This document shows, in pieces, positions 37,706-46,743 of a DNA stretch of 64,000 nucleotides. The number at the start of each line of letters is the position of its first letter. Position 1 is the first letter of the stretch. Origin of the DNA: an uncultured bacterium (GTDB taxonomy: Bacteria > Patescibacteriota > Patescibacteriia > UBA1558 > GWA2-36-10). The stretch spans positions 29,631 through 93,630 of the forward strand of contig CAINYB010000006.1 in the NCBI GenBank assembly GCA_903855135.1, read 5' to 3'. Below the pieces are notes generated by a model. The model was not told where the DNA came from, did no database searches, and saw only the letters and a program-made list of their open reading frames with translations. The position numbers and the translations under genes were made by a program.

Positions 37706-39094
37706 TTAGCAAGCGTCTTTTTTTAGTACCACCCAAGGGGTTTTTAATAAAATAATAATGTCTAATAAAATAGACCAGTTTTCAATATAAAAAATATCTA
37801 GTTTGGCTTCTTCAGCAAATAAAAGATTTGACCTGCCAGACACTTGTGCTAAACCTGTCATACCCGGCTTGATGCTCAACAATCTTTTGTAGCCACGCTG
37901 ATAATTTGACACTTCTTCTGGCTCATGGGGTCTAGGACCCACTAAACTCATGGTACCACGCAAAACATTAAAGAGCTGCGGAAACTCATCTAAGCTGCTG
38001 GTGCGTAAAAATTTACCAAACTTTGTCACGCGTGGATCATTTTTCATTTTAAATAATGGGCCATCTTTACGCTCATTGTGAGCTAACATTTCTGATTTTA
38101 AGCTATGTGCACCATTGATCATGGAGCGAAATTTGTATAAATTAAAAATCTTACCCTTCTCGCCCACTCTTTTTAAACTGACAAAAATCGGACCTTCAGA
38201 GGTGGTTTTGACTAAAATAGCTAAAATTAAAAATATTGGTGATAAAATAATTAACAAAAATAAAGCTAAAATAAAATCAAAAATTCTTTTATAAACCTTA
38301 CGCCAGCCATCAAGTGGTGTACCAGCTATTTCTACCAAAGGATAACCAGCGATTTCACTAAAGTTCACATGCAAACTTTGGGCTTGAAATAAATTAGCAA
38401 TATATTTTAAACTCAAATGATTTTCCTGACAAAAAGTCAATAAATCTAAAGCTTGATCTTTAGCTAGCGCTGAATCAGTCTGCATCAAATAATCTACTTT
38501 TTTGGCACTTAATAAATTTTTGGCAGTAGCGTCATTTTCTAGCTGGGCTAAATCATCAAATTCACCTACAACTTTAAAGCCTAAGCGTGGATTATGTTTG
38601 TAAGTATTCACGATGATCTGACGAGCATTGATATCACCTAAAACAAAAATGCTAGACAAGCCAAAGCCTAAGCTAAAAAATCGATCGCGCAATAAAAATA
38701 CTATCACTCGACCAATAAATAAATATAAAATAGCCAATGCCCAGCCTAATAAAATAATAAAACGAGAAGAAAATAATTCTCTCGTCAAAAAAATAAATAA
38801 TACTAGAAATACCACGACCATGGAAACGCCAAAAAATATTCTAGGGATTTCTTTGATCAATCTTTTGCTCCGCATTGCATAAAAACCAGCCAGAGCAAAA
38901 ACGAAAATACTTAAAATCGAAACATTAAAAGCCAGCTGTAAATAATGATCAAAACTTAAGTCAAAAACTACTGGCCTAATAGTACTAATTGCTTCAGAAA
39001 AACGAAAATAATAAGCTGTCAAAGCCGCTAAAAACACTAAACAAAAGTCTAGTGGTACTAAGAAAATGTTTAAAATAAAATCCGCCTTTTTCAT
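37706..39094 (-). CDS. Polyprenyl-phosphate glycosyl-1-phosphate (priming) sugar transferase, WbaP/CpsE family
   Basis: N-terminal multi-TM region and C-terminal bacterial sugar transferase domain (KRIFDFILALFLLIILSPIFL...KFRSM...DEFPQLFNVLRGTMSLVGPRP). Confidence 0.8.
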   Translation of the reverse strand: MKKADFILNIFLVPLDFCLVFLAALTAYYFRFSEAISTIRPVVFDLSFDHYLQLAFNVSILSIFVFALAGFYAMRSKRLIKEIPRIFFGVSMVVVFLVLFIFLTRELFSSRFIILLGWALAILYLFIGRVIVFLLRDRFFSLGFGLSSIFVLGDINARQIIVNTYKHNPRLGFKVVGEFDDLAQLENDATAKNLLSAKKVDYLMQTDSALAKDQALDLLTFCQENHLSLKYIANLFQAQSLHVNFSEIAGYPLVEIAGTPLDGWRKVYKRIFDFILALFLLIILSPIFLILAILVKTTSEGPIFVSLKRVGEKGKIFNLYKFRSMINGAHSLKSEMLAHNERKDGPLFKMKNDPRVTKFGKFLRTSSLDEFPQLFNVLRGTMSLVGPRPHEPEEVSNYQRGYKRLLSIKPGMTGLAQVSGRSNLLFAEEAKLDIFYIENWSILLDIIILLKTPWVVLKKDAC

Positions 39095-39150
39095 AAGATT
39101 ATGATAACATTTGCTTGAATTTTAGTAAATGCTAATTTTTACAAACTAAA

Positions 39151-39633
39151 AAGGCTTAAATTAGCCTCATAAGCCGAATTCTGTTCTCCAGCAAGCTGGA
39201 GTGATGATCATCTATCTAGGACTATGATTGCCCATAGCCTCAAGCAAGCTACCCGATCCCGCTTAGCGGGACCCTATTTGCTCTTGCACCGAATAGAGTT
39301 TAGCTCTTTTAGCTTGTCACCAAGCTAACGGGTCAGCTCATTATCTGACCATTTCACCCTTATCCTTCGATTCGGCCTTGCGGTCTCACTCAGGAAGGAA
39401 TACTCTCTGTTCAACTTGTCCTGACCACTTAGTCGCCCAAATGGCCGGTTGTCGTTAACAACTATCCTCCATTTAAAAATGGAAAATGGTGTTCGGACTT
39501 TATCCTCCCTCCTTCGCTGTCGCTACGCGCCAGCTACGGACGGGCAGGCCCCGCTAAATTGTAGGGCTTGCCGTACGAAGCTCAAACGCAGTGAGAGCGA
39601 AGGACGGCGATCATCTCGGCTAATTTAAACCTT
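39151..39633 (-). ncRNA. rnpB: RNase P RNA (bacterial type), not in ORF track
   Basis: Minus-strand transcript contains GGAGGAUAAAGUCCGAACACC (CR-I/P4 5' strand), AAGGGUGAAAUGGUCAGAUAAUGAGCUGACC (CR-II/P10.1-P12 pattern) and ACAGAAUUCGGCUUAU (CR-IV/P4 3' strand). P4 shows compensatory GG to AA and CC to UU changes relative to E. coli. P1 helix GGUUUAAAUUAGCC/GGCUAAUUUAAGCC closes the molecule. Lies in a 750-nt ORF-free gap of elevated GC. Confidence 0.8.
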
Positions 39634-39641
39634 AGAATTGA

Positions 39642-39670
39642 TTTATAACATATTTACTATTTTTTGTCAA
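39642..39670 (-). promoter_or_regulatory. Sigma70-type promoter for rnpB: TTGACA-17 nt-TATAAA
   Basis: Minus-strand TTGACA (39665-39670) and TATAAA (39642-39647) with 17-nt spacer; predicted TSS about 7-8 nt downstream coincides with the 5' strand of the P1 helix. Confidence 0.55.
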
Positions 39671-39675
39671 ATCAA

Positions 39676-39701
39676 GGCCCTACTAAGGATTTAGCAGGGC
39701 C
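39676..39701 (-). terminator. Hairpin ggccct(a)ctaa-ggat-ttag(c)agggcc directly after the small ORF stop
   Basis: 10-bp stem with one internal mismatch, 1 nt after the TAA at 39703-39705. Confidence 0.5.
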
Positions 39702-39702
39702 A

Positions 39703-39822
39703 TTAAACACCGGATGTTTTGTTCTTGTATCGCTTTTTAAAGCCTCCCCAATCACCATCGATCGGGAAAAATAAGGCTAAGGCGATTCCCATCAGCATGA
39801 TGGAAATAAACAGGCTTTCCAC
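39703..39822 (-). CDS. Possible small hydrophobic protein (39 aa, GTG start) with strong Shine-Dalgarno
   Basis: GGAGGA 5 nt upstream of GTG; translation VESLFISIMLMGIALALFFPIDGDWGGFKKRYKNKTSGV; own hairpin terminator. Codon usage is GC-richer than neighbours, so it could instead be part of a structured RNA. Confidence 0.25.
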   Translation of the reverse strand: MESLFISIMLMGIALALFFPIDGDWGGFKKRYKNKTSGV

Positions 39823-39850
39823 CTTATCCTCCTTTTATATTGAAAAAACG

Positions 39851-40954
39851 TTATTTCAAAATATAAGCTAAAGTTTCTTGAGCACATTTCTCCCAAGAAA
39901 ATAAGTCAACTCTTATCTTACCAGCTTTAATCATTTGCTGACGCAAATTATCATTGCTTAATAAGCTGTCGATAATTTTAGCAATTTCCGCTGGCTGATG
40001 CGGATCAAAATACAAAGCCGTATCGCTAGCTACTTCTTTTAAAACTGGCAAATCAGAAACTGTCATCGCTACGCCACAAGCAGCTGCTTCTAATAATGGC
40101 ATACCAAAACCTTCAAACAAAGACGGAAAAACAAAAATATCTGCACTTGCTAAAATCAAAGGGTAATCAGCTTGGGATACATAACCAAAAAAATGTACAC
40201 GATCTTTGATGCTATGATGATGAGCTAACTCAAGAATATCTCGATAACCATAATTACCCGGTCGACCAGCTAAAACTAGATGATAATCTGTATGTCGCAA
40301 AATAGTAAAAGCTCTTAATAAATTTTGAATGTTTTTTTTAGTCTCTAGTCTACCGATATATAATAAAAATTTAGCTGGCAAATTATATTTAGTTTTAACT
40401 AAATTTTTTTCTGTTGCACTCAAAACTTTGAATTCATCACGATTATAGCCGTGATAAATGACTTGAATTTTATTTTTAGCTTTAGGAAAATATTTAGCTA
40501 CATCATCAGCAGTATTTTGTGATGGCGTGATGATTTTATTTGCCCGCTTAATCAATAAAGTATGAGCAATTTTTTGATAAATTCTTTCTAGTGGATGATA
40601 AAGCTCTGGATTTTTATAAAAACCCAAATCATGGATAGTAGCGATTAGCTCACCTTTAAAAAATAAAGGCGCGGCATTAGAAGCAAAAAATTTATCTACT
40701 GGATGAAAAAATAGCTCCCAAGATAAACGCCAATAAGTCCAAAATTTACTAAAAGGCCAGTTTAATTTTTTAAAAGTAAAATTAGCTGGCGCGTTTTTTA
40801 ATTCCGCACTTAAATCTTGATAATAATAAACAAAAATTTCTAAATCCTGTGATTCAGAAATTTTCTTAAACTGTGCAAATAAATGCCAAGCATACCACTC
40901 GGTGCCAGTTTTATTGGCTTTATTTGCTCTGCTTATTTCTAAACCAAGCTTCAT
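39851..40954 (-). CDS. GT4-family glycosyltransferase
   Basis: FPSLFEGFGMPLLEAAACGVA; 367 aa. Confidence 0.75.
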   Translation of the reverse strand: MKLGLEISRANKANKTGTEWYAWHLFAQFKKISESQDLEIFVYYYQDLSAELKNAPANFTFKKLNWPFSKFWTYWRLSWELFFHPVDKFFASNAAPLFFKGELIATIHDLGFYKNPELYHPLERIYQKIAHTLLIKRANKIITPSQNTADDVAKYFPKAKNKIQVIYHGYNRDEFKVLSATEKNLVKTKYNLPAKFLLYIGRLETKKNIQNLLRAFTILRHTDYHLVLAGRPGNYGYRDILELAHHHSIKDRVHFFGYVSQADYPLILASADIFVFPSLFEGFGMPLLEAAACGVAMTVSDLPVLKEVASDTALYFDPHQPAEIAKIIDSLLSNDNLRQQMIKAGKIRVDLFSWEKCAQETLAYILK

Positions 40955-40955
40955 A

Positions 40956-41969
40956 CTATTTAGCAGATAAAATACTACGTTTATAAGACTCTAGATTTTC
41001 TAAAGCAATACCAGTACCACGAGCTACACAGAGCAAAGCGTCATCAGCGGTGTAGGCTGGCACACCAGTAGCTTGGGATAAAAGTTTATCCATATTACGC
41101 AAAAGCGCTGTACCACCGGACAAAACCATGCCTTTGTCCATAATATCAGCTGACAACTCTGGTGGTGTCTGATATAGCACCGATTTTACGGCCGAAATCA
41201 AGCCCTGGAGCTCGTTTTGTAAGGCTTCGGTCACATCATCTGAACTGACTGTAATCGTGCGTGGTAGGCCAGTGATCATATCACGGCCTTTGACATCCAT
41301 AAATAATTTTTCTTCTTTTGGTAAAAATTGAGCTGAACCGATTCTTATTTTGACTGCTTCTGCACTGCTTTCACCGATAGCGAGATTATACTTCTTCTTA
41401 ATATACTCACCAATAGCTGTATCATATTTATTACCACCGATTTTCACTGAAGTGTTAGCCACGATACCGCCCAAAGAAATAACCGCAATTTCTGAAGTGC
41501 CACCACCCATATCGACGATCATATGACCAGAAGCCGAACCGATCGGAATATCAGCCCCGATAGCCGCCGCAATTGGTTCACGAATAATATAAGCTGCTTT
41601 AGCACCAGCATTCAAAGTGGCGTCAATAACAGCTCTGCGCTCAGTAGAAGTAATACCAGCTGGTACGGCGATCATCACTTCAGGACGAAATAGTTTCATA
41701 CCACCAACCGCTTTGTTGATAAAATACCTAAGCATGCTTTCGGTAGTTTTATAGTCAGCGATCACACCATTTTTTAGAGGTCGAGAAGCAATGATTGAAT
41801 CTGGCGTACGACCGATCATATCTTTAGCTTCATCACCAACGGCTAAAACTTTTTTATCAAAAACCGAAATCGCCACCACACTTGGCTCATTAATAACAAT
41901 ACCTCGTTTAGGAATATAAACTAAGGTATAAGTCGTGCCCAAATCAATCCCGATTTTCTTAATAAACAT
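40956..41969 (-). CDS. mreB: Rod shape-determining protein MreB (copy 1)
   Basis: IGIDLGTTYTLVY, actin-fold phosphate motifs, DMGGGTSEIAVISLGG. Confidence 0.85.
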   Translation of the reverse strand: MFIKKIGIDLGTTYTLVYIPKRGIVINEPSVVAISVFDKKVLAVGDEAKDMIGRTPDSIIASRPLKNGVIADYKTTESMLRYFINKAVGGMKLFRPEVMIAVPAGITSTERRAVIDATLNAGAKAAYIIREPIAAAIGADIPIGSASGHMIVDMGGGTSEIAVISLGGIVANTSVKIGGNKYDTAIGEYIKKKYNLAIGESSAEAVKIRIGSAQFLPKEEKLFMDVKGRDMITGLPRTITVSSDDVTEALQNELQGLISAVKSVLYQTPPELSADIMDKGMVLSGGTALLRNMDKLLSQATGVPAYTADDALLCVARGTGIALENLESYKRSILSAK

Positions 41970-42425
41970 TTATTTGATTTCTAAAATCTTATATTTTATT
42001 TTACCAGCCGGCAAATCAACTAAAAATTCTTCGTGCAATCTTTTATTGACAAAAGCTTGGCCCAATGGTGATTCTACCGAGATTTTGCCGTTACTTGGAT
42101 CCGCTTCAGTGGAACCAACGATAGTGAATTCCAAAACTTGTCCTTCTCTGTCAACAACGATAGTATTACCGACATTGATTTGATCATCATCGTTTTTGTC
42201 AGCCACGACAGCAGTTTTGATCAAATTTTCTAAATTTAAAATTCGACCTTCAGTAAAGGCTTGCTCATCTTTGGCTTCTTGATATTCAGCGTTTTCTGAT
42301 AAGTCACCAAACTCTTTAGCAGTTTTGATACGATCAGACACTTGCTTTCTTTTTTCGGTTTTTAGATATTCTAGCTCTGCTTTGAGCTTCTCCAAACCTT
42401 CTGGTGTTACTATTGTGCTATTCAT
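41970..42425 (-). CDS. greA: Transcription elongation factor GreA
   Basis: 151 aa; coiled-coil N-domain with acidic tip (DLSENAEY) and FKBP-like C-domain. Confidence 0.85.
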   Translation of the reverse strand: MNSTIVTPEGLEKLKAELEYLKTEKRKQVSDRIKTAKEFGDLSENAEYQEAKDEQAFTEGRILNLENLIKTAVVADKNDDDQINVGNTIVVDREGQVLEFTIVGSTEADPSNGKISVESPLGQAFVNKRLHEEFLVDLPAGKIKYKILEIK

Positions 42426-42476
42426 AAAAAATTTTGATTTTTAAAATTATTTGTTATTTTTATCCAATAAACGCGT

Positions 42477-42504
42477 ATTTCCGCCCCGCGAAGCGGGGCG
42501 GAAT
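42477..42504 (-). terminator. GC hairpin atttccgccccgc-gaa-gcggggcggaat (contains GCGAAGC mini-hairpin core)
   Basis: 12-bp GC stem downstream of greA. Confidence 0.6.
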
Positions 42505-42558
42505 ATATAACGCACTCTATCCCTGTATTGTGCCAAAAAATTGAAATTTTAGCAAATA

Positions 42559-44457
42559 CTACCTATTAAAATACCATTCCATAAACTGCCTTGAAACTGT
42601 GACTGCTAAACCGGTGTCTCCACCTTCTTCCACCAAAACTGCCATCACAATCTGCGGATTATCATAAGGTGCAAAGCTAGCAAACCAAGAATGTGGCGTT
42701 TTATTGTGATTAAACTGGGCGGTACCAGTCTTACCGGCCACCGGCACTTTGACTGATTGTAAGCTTTTAGCCGTACCAATAACCACTGTTTCTCGCAAAC
42801 CCTGCCGTATAATATCTAAATTATTCTGACTAAGCAAATTTTCTAAAATAACTGGTGTAGCTTTTTCCTCTAAAGTTGTTTCTTGCTTAATGCCTTTTAA
42901 TAAATGAGGCTGCCAAGCTTTGCCGCTGGCAAAATAAGCCATTTCCACCGCTACTTGCAAAGGAGTCCCTAATAAATAGCCCTGGCCAATAGATAGATTA
43001 TAAGTATCTCCTAAATACCAGCGATCATTAAAAGTTTTTTCTTTCCAAGCTTGGCTTGGTAAAAAACCCTCTACTTCGTTAGTCAGGTCAATCTTAGTAG
43101 GAGAGCCAAAACCAAACTTTTTTGCATATTGGAGAATTTTTTCCATACCTAAACCTTTATCTAGCCACTGATTATTAGCGCCACCAATAGTATAAAAAAA
43201 TGTATTGACTGAATCAGCCAAGGCCCATTTGATATCTGTCTTACCATGGCCAGCTGGACGCCAATCAGGAAAAAAATTGTTACCAATTTGCACACCGCCA
43301 GTACTCTGGACAGTGAAATTCTGATCAATAATTTTTTCTTCCAGAGCTGCCCCCGCAACCACTGGCTTAAATACTGAGCCAAAAGGATATTCCCCAGAAA
43401 CTACGCGATTTAATAGTGGCGTATTAGGATCAGACATTAAAGTGCTGTATTCTTCTTTTTTTAAAGCTGAAGTAAAAATATTATTATCAAAACTAGGCAA
43501 ACTCACCATCGCTAATACTCCACCATCTTTGGCATCCAAAACTACTGCCGCCATTTTATTTTTACCATTACTTGCCGCATTTTTGGCCATCACGCTATAA
43601 AGCTGACTTTGCGCCGCCGCATCAATGGTCAAGACTATGTCTGTGCCATCTTTTGGCTCTTGCCAACCAATACTATTTTTAGCTCGATTTAAAGCATCAA
43701 CTTCGATCTGACGAAAACCGTCTTGTCCACGTAAAACATTTTCATAAATATATTCTAAGCCAGTCTTACCCAAACGATCATTATAATTATAAGCAGGATT
43801 TTCCGCTAAATCTTTTTCGCTCACGACTCCCAAATATCCTAGCTCATGCGATAAACCAAACTGCGGAAAATATTCACGACGTGGCTCATAAGATATTTCG
43901 ATACTATGATTATTTTCCGCTGCTAGCATCAGCTGAATCGCTTTTTCATAAGTAACATTTTCAAACACCAAAACTTTTTCTCCTTTTTTATAATTTTTTA
44001 AACTTTCTTCAATATCAGTTGCTGGCACGGCTAAAACTTCTGTTAATTTTTGCAAAGTTTCTTGCTTTTTATTTTCGTCAGCCCAATTATCTGGCCATAA
44101 ATAAAGAAAAAAATGAGAAACATTTTTTACCAGCTGCACACCATTACGATCATAGATTAAACCGCGGTTGGCCTTGACTATCTCATGACGAATACGATTA
44201 CCTTCTGCCCGATTACGATAAGTGTCACCTTTGATAATTTGTAAATAAAAAGCCCTACTTAATAAAATAAATAAAACCGCTAATAATACTTTAAATAAAC
44301 GACGACTTTGACTTTCAGCAAAAAAACGTCCTAAAGTCTGAGCACTTTTTTCCCAAACAAAATCAAGATAGTCACCGCTATGCTGATTTTCAGAAAAACC
44401 TTTTAGCTTGCTATCCTTAATAGATCCTTCTTGTATTTTAAAAGGATCGTTTTTCAT
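42559..44457 (-). CDS. mrdA: Penicillin-binding protein 2 (peptidoglycan D,D-transpeptidase MrdA)
   Basis: N-terminal TM and PBP dimerisation domain; SxxK (SVFK) and KTGT motifs. Confidence 0.85.
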   Translation of the reverse strand: MKNDPFKIQEGSIKDSKLKGFSENQHSGDYLDFVWEKSAQTLGRFFAESQSRRLFKVLLAVLFILLSRAFYLQIIKGDTYRNRAEGNRIRHEIVKANRGLIYDRNGVQLVKNVSHFFLYLWPDNWADENKKQETLQKLTEVLAVPATDIEESLKNYKKGEKVLVFENVTYEKAIQLMLAAENNHSIEISYEPRREYFPQFGLSHELGYLGVVSEKDLAENPAYNYNDRLGKTGLEYIYENVLRGQDGFRQIEVDALNRAKNSIGWQEPKDGTDIVLTIDAAAQSQLYSVMAKNAASNGKNKMAAVVLDAKDGGVLAMVSLPSFDNNIFTSALKKEEYSTLMSDPNTPLLNRVVSGEYPFGSVFKPVVAGAALEEKIIDQNFTVQSTGGVQIGNNFFPDWRPAGHGKTDIKWALADSVNTFFYTIGGANNQWLDKGLGMEKILQYAKKFGFGSPTKIDLTNEVEGFLPSQAWKEKTFNDRWYLGDTYNLSIGQGYLLGTPLQVAVEMAYFASGKAWQPHLLKGIKQETTLEEKATPVILENLLSQNNLDIIRQGLRETVVIGTAKSLQSVKVPVAGKTGTAQFNHNKTPHSWFASFAPYDNPQIVMAVLVEEGGDTGLAVTVSRQFMEWYFNR

Positions 44458-44935
44458 GATGTTTTTTTAGCCATAAATTAAAATATAAAATATAGACAAA
44501 AACAATGATAAAAGTATTGATAAAAATTATTTTAAATATTTGCCAAAATGTTATCCAAGAAAATAGATAAATTGACCAATGACTAATAGAATAAAGTAGC
44601 CACAATACTAACCAAAAAATTAACTGACCTAAAAAAGTCAAAAAAATAATCGTACCAGTATTTTTAGAAGTAAAAATGGTTAGTTGCAAAGTACTTAAAA
44701 TAAATAACACCAATAAAAAACTAAAAGTATGTAAACCAAAACTAGCAGAAAAACTATCAATAAATAAACCAGCTAATATAGCTATCGGATAATAAATCCA
44801 AGGATTTTCAAAAATATAATAAACTAAAATTAGCATAATTAAAAATGGTTCTAGTAAACTCCAAGAACCAACATTGACCAAAGAGTAAACCGTGTGTGTC
44901 AAGATAAATAAAATTAATAAGGCTAAATACTTCAT
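44438..44935 (-). CDS. mreD: Rod shape-determining protein MreD
   Basis: 165 aa, 5 TM; position between mreC and PBP2. Confidence 0.6.
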   Translation of the reverse strand: MKYLALLILFILTHTVYSLVNVGSWSLLEPFLIMLILVYYIFENPWIYYPIAILAGLFIDSFSASFGLHTFSFLLVLFILSTLQLTIFTSKNTGTIIFLTFLGQLIFWLVLWLLYSISHWSIYLFSWITFWQIFKIIFINTFIIVFVYILYFNLWLKKHHEKRSF

Positions 44936-45672
44936 AAAGAGACAATGATTGCTACCAAAGACAAAGTGCTATAATCCAATAATGGAGAAACAGTGGCTTG
45001 TTTAAATAATTCTTCTTGAGAAAATTTTACTTCTTCTACAGAACCTATCACTAGGCCAGCTGGTATCTTTTCATTTAGACGTGAAGTCAAGACTAAATCA
45101 CCTTTATTAATCGCTTGTTCTTGAGGTACATAGCTTAAATTCATCCCTAGACCTAGTGAACCAGTCAAAACACCAGCGACATTTTGACTATCGCCGATAT
45201 TGACCGCTATTTTGCTCAAACCATCAGTCAATAAACGCAGCACCGAGGCATCAGCCCTGACTTCAATAATTTTGCCGATAATCACACCATCGTTGACCAC
45301 GACTGCTTGGCCAGGCACTACACCGTCAGCCTCACCCGCATCAATCACGAGTAGATTTTGATTTAGTAAATCCCTACTCAAAATATTAGCTACTTTCAAA
45401 TCATAATTAGCTTTAGACTTTAAATTTAGCAAAGCTCGTAAGCTATCATTTTCTTGAGCTAAAGCTTGTAGCCTAGTATTTTGACTTAATAATTCTTGAT
45501 AAGAACTTTCAAGATTATTTGGTGGATTTAATAATTGATTGACAGTTTTTTGTGGTTGTGGCAATAAACGCAGCAAAACACCAAAATCAAAAAAACGGCC
45601 AGCTTTGAAAAATATCAAAAGTAAGGCCACCAAAAAAAATAATAAAAAAATCTGTACGTTTCGTCTTAACAT
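44932..45672 (-). CDS. mreC: Rod shape-determining protein MreC
   Basis: N-terminal TM, coiled coil, beta-rich C-domain; ATGA overlap with mreD. Confidence 0.75.
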   Translation of the reverse strand: MLRRNVQIFLLFFLVALLLIFFKAGRFFDFGVLLRLLPQPQKTVNQLLNPPNNLESSYQELLSQNTRLQALAQENDSLRALLNLKSKANYDLKVANILSRDLLNQNLLVIDAGEADGVVPGQAVVVNDGVIIGKIIEVRADASVLRLLTDGLSKIAVNIGDSQNVAGVLTGSLGLGMNLSYVPQEQAINKGDLVLTSRLNEKIPAGLVIGSVEEVKFSQEELFKQATVSPLLDYSTLSLVAIIVSL

Positions 45673-45680
45673 ATCAAAAA

Positions 45681-46733
45681 TTAATTAAGACCTAAATCTT
45701 TAGTTGAAGGCAATAAAATTTCTCTTAAATTATCCAAATCAGCTAATACTTTACCAGTGCCACGTACCACGGCAGTCAAAGGATCGTCAGCGACATGGAC
45801 TGGCATTTTTGTTTCTTGAGCAATCATCACATCAAGACCTCTTAATAAGGCTCCACCACCAGTCAAATACAAACCTTTTTCGTATAAATCAGACACTAAT
45901 TCTGGTGGAGTACTTTCAATGGTAGTTTTGATGTTGTCAACGATTAATTTAATCGGTTTAGCGATCGCTTCTCTGATATTGGCATCGGTGATACGAATTT
46001 CTTTTGGCAAACCAGTCAACAAATCACGACCGCGCATCGTGGTCTCCATTGGTTTGTCTAGCAGTAAGACAGAAGCAATCTGAATCTTGATTTTTTCAGC
46101 GGTCCGTTCACCTAATAAAATATTAAATTTATCACGAGCGTATTGGGTGATAGCTTCGTTTAGTTTATCGCCAGCTAATTTCAAAGATTTCCAAGAAACT
46201 ACTCCACCCAAAGAAATCACAGCAATTTCTGTGGTGCCACCGCCCATATCTACCACCATACTGGCTGTAGCCTCTAAAATAGGCAAACCAGCCCCGATAG
46301 CAGCAGCAATCGGTTCTTCTATCAAAAGTACCTCTGAAGCACCCGCACCCATGACAGCGTCCTCCACCGCCTTACGCTCCACTTCAGTGATGTCCAAAGG
46401 TATAGCGATCATCACTCTGGGACGTGGCATAAAAGTCATGCTTTCTTTATGTACTTTATTGATAAAATGTTTAATCATTTTTTCACTGACTTCAAAATCA
46501 GAAATAACTCCATCAACCAAAGGTCTGACGACATTGATATGTAATGGAGTTTTACCAAGCATAACTTTAGCATCATCACCAACGGCTACTATTTTATCCG
46601 TTCTAGTATTGATAGCCACCACACTCGGCTCATTGATAACAATACCTTGATCTTTGACATACACCAAAGTATTGGCCGTACCAAGGTCAATACCCATATC
46701 TTTAGAAAATTGTCCTAAAAATTTCTTAAACAT
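45681..46733 (-). CDS. mreB: Rod shape-determining protein MreB (copy 2)
   Basis: GIDLGTANTLVYV, DMGGGTTEIAVISLGG; distinct paralog of 40956..41969. Confidence 0.85.
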   Translation of the reverse strand: MFKKFLGQFSKDMGIDLGTANTLVYVKDQGIVINEPSVVAINTRTDKIVAVGDDAKVMLGKTPLHINVVRPLVDGVISDFEVSEKMIKHFINKVHKESMTFMPRPRVMIAIPLDITEVERKAVEDAVMGAGASEVLLIEEPIAAAIGAGLPILEATASMVVDMGGGTTEIAVISLGGVVSWKSLKLAGDKLNEAITQYARDKFNILLGERTAEKIKIQIASVLLLDKPMETTMRGRDLLTGLPKEIRITDANIREAIAKPIKLIVDNIKTTIESTPPELVSDLYEKGLYLTGGGALLRGLDVMIAQETKMPVHVADDPLTAVVRGTGKVLADLDNLREILLPSTKDLGLN

Positions 46734-46743
46734 TATTTATATT

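Noticed and set aside
46087-46650. 187-aa plus-strand ORF, along with many other plus-strand ORFs such as 1168..1458, 4898..5197 and 12106..12354
   Set aside because: All lie antisense within strongly supported minus-strand genes (mreB, secA, phosphorylase and others). Their translations are low-complexity and typical of antisense frames.
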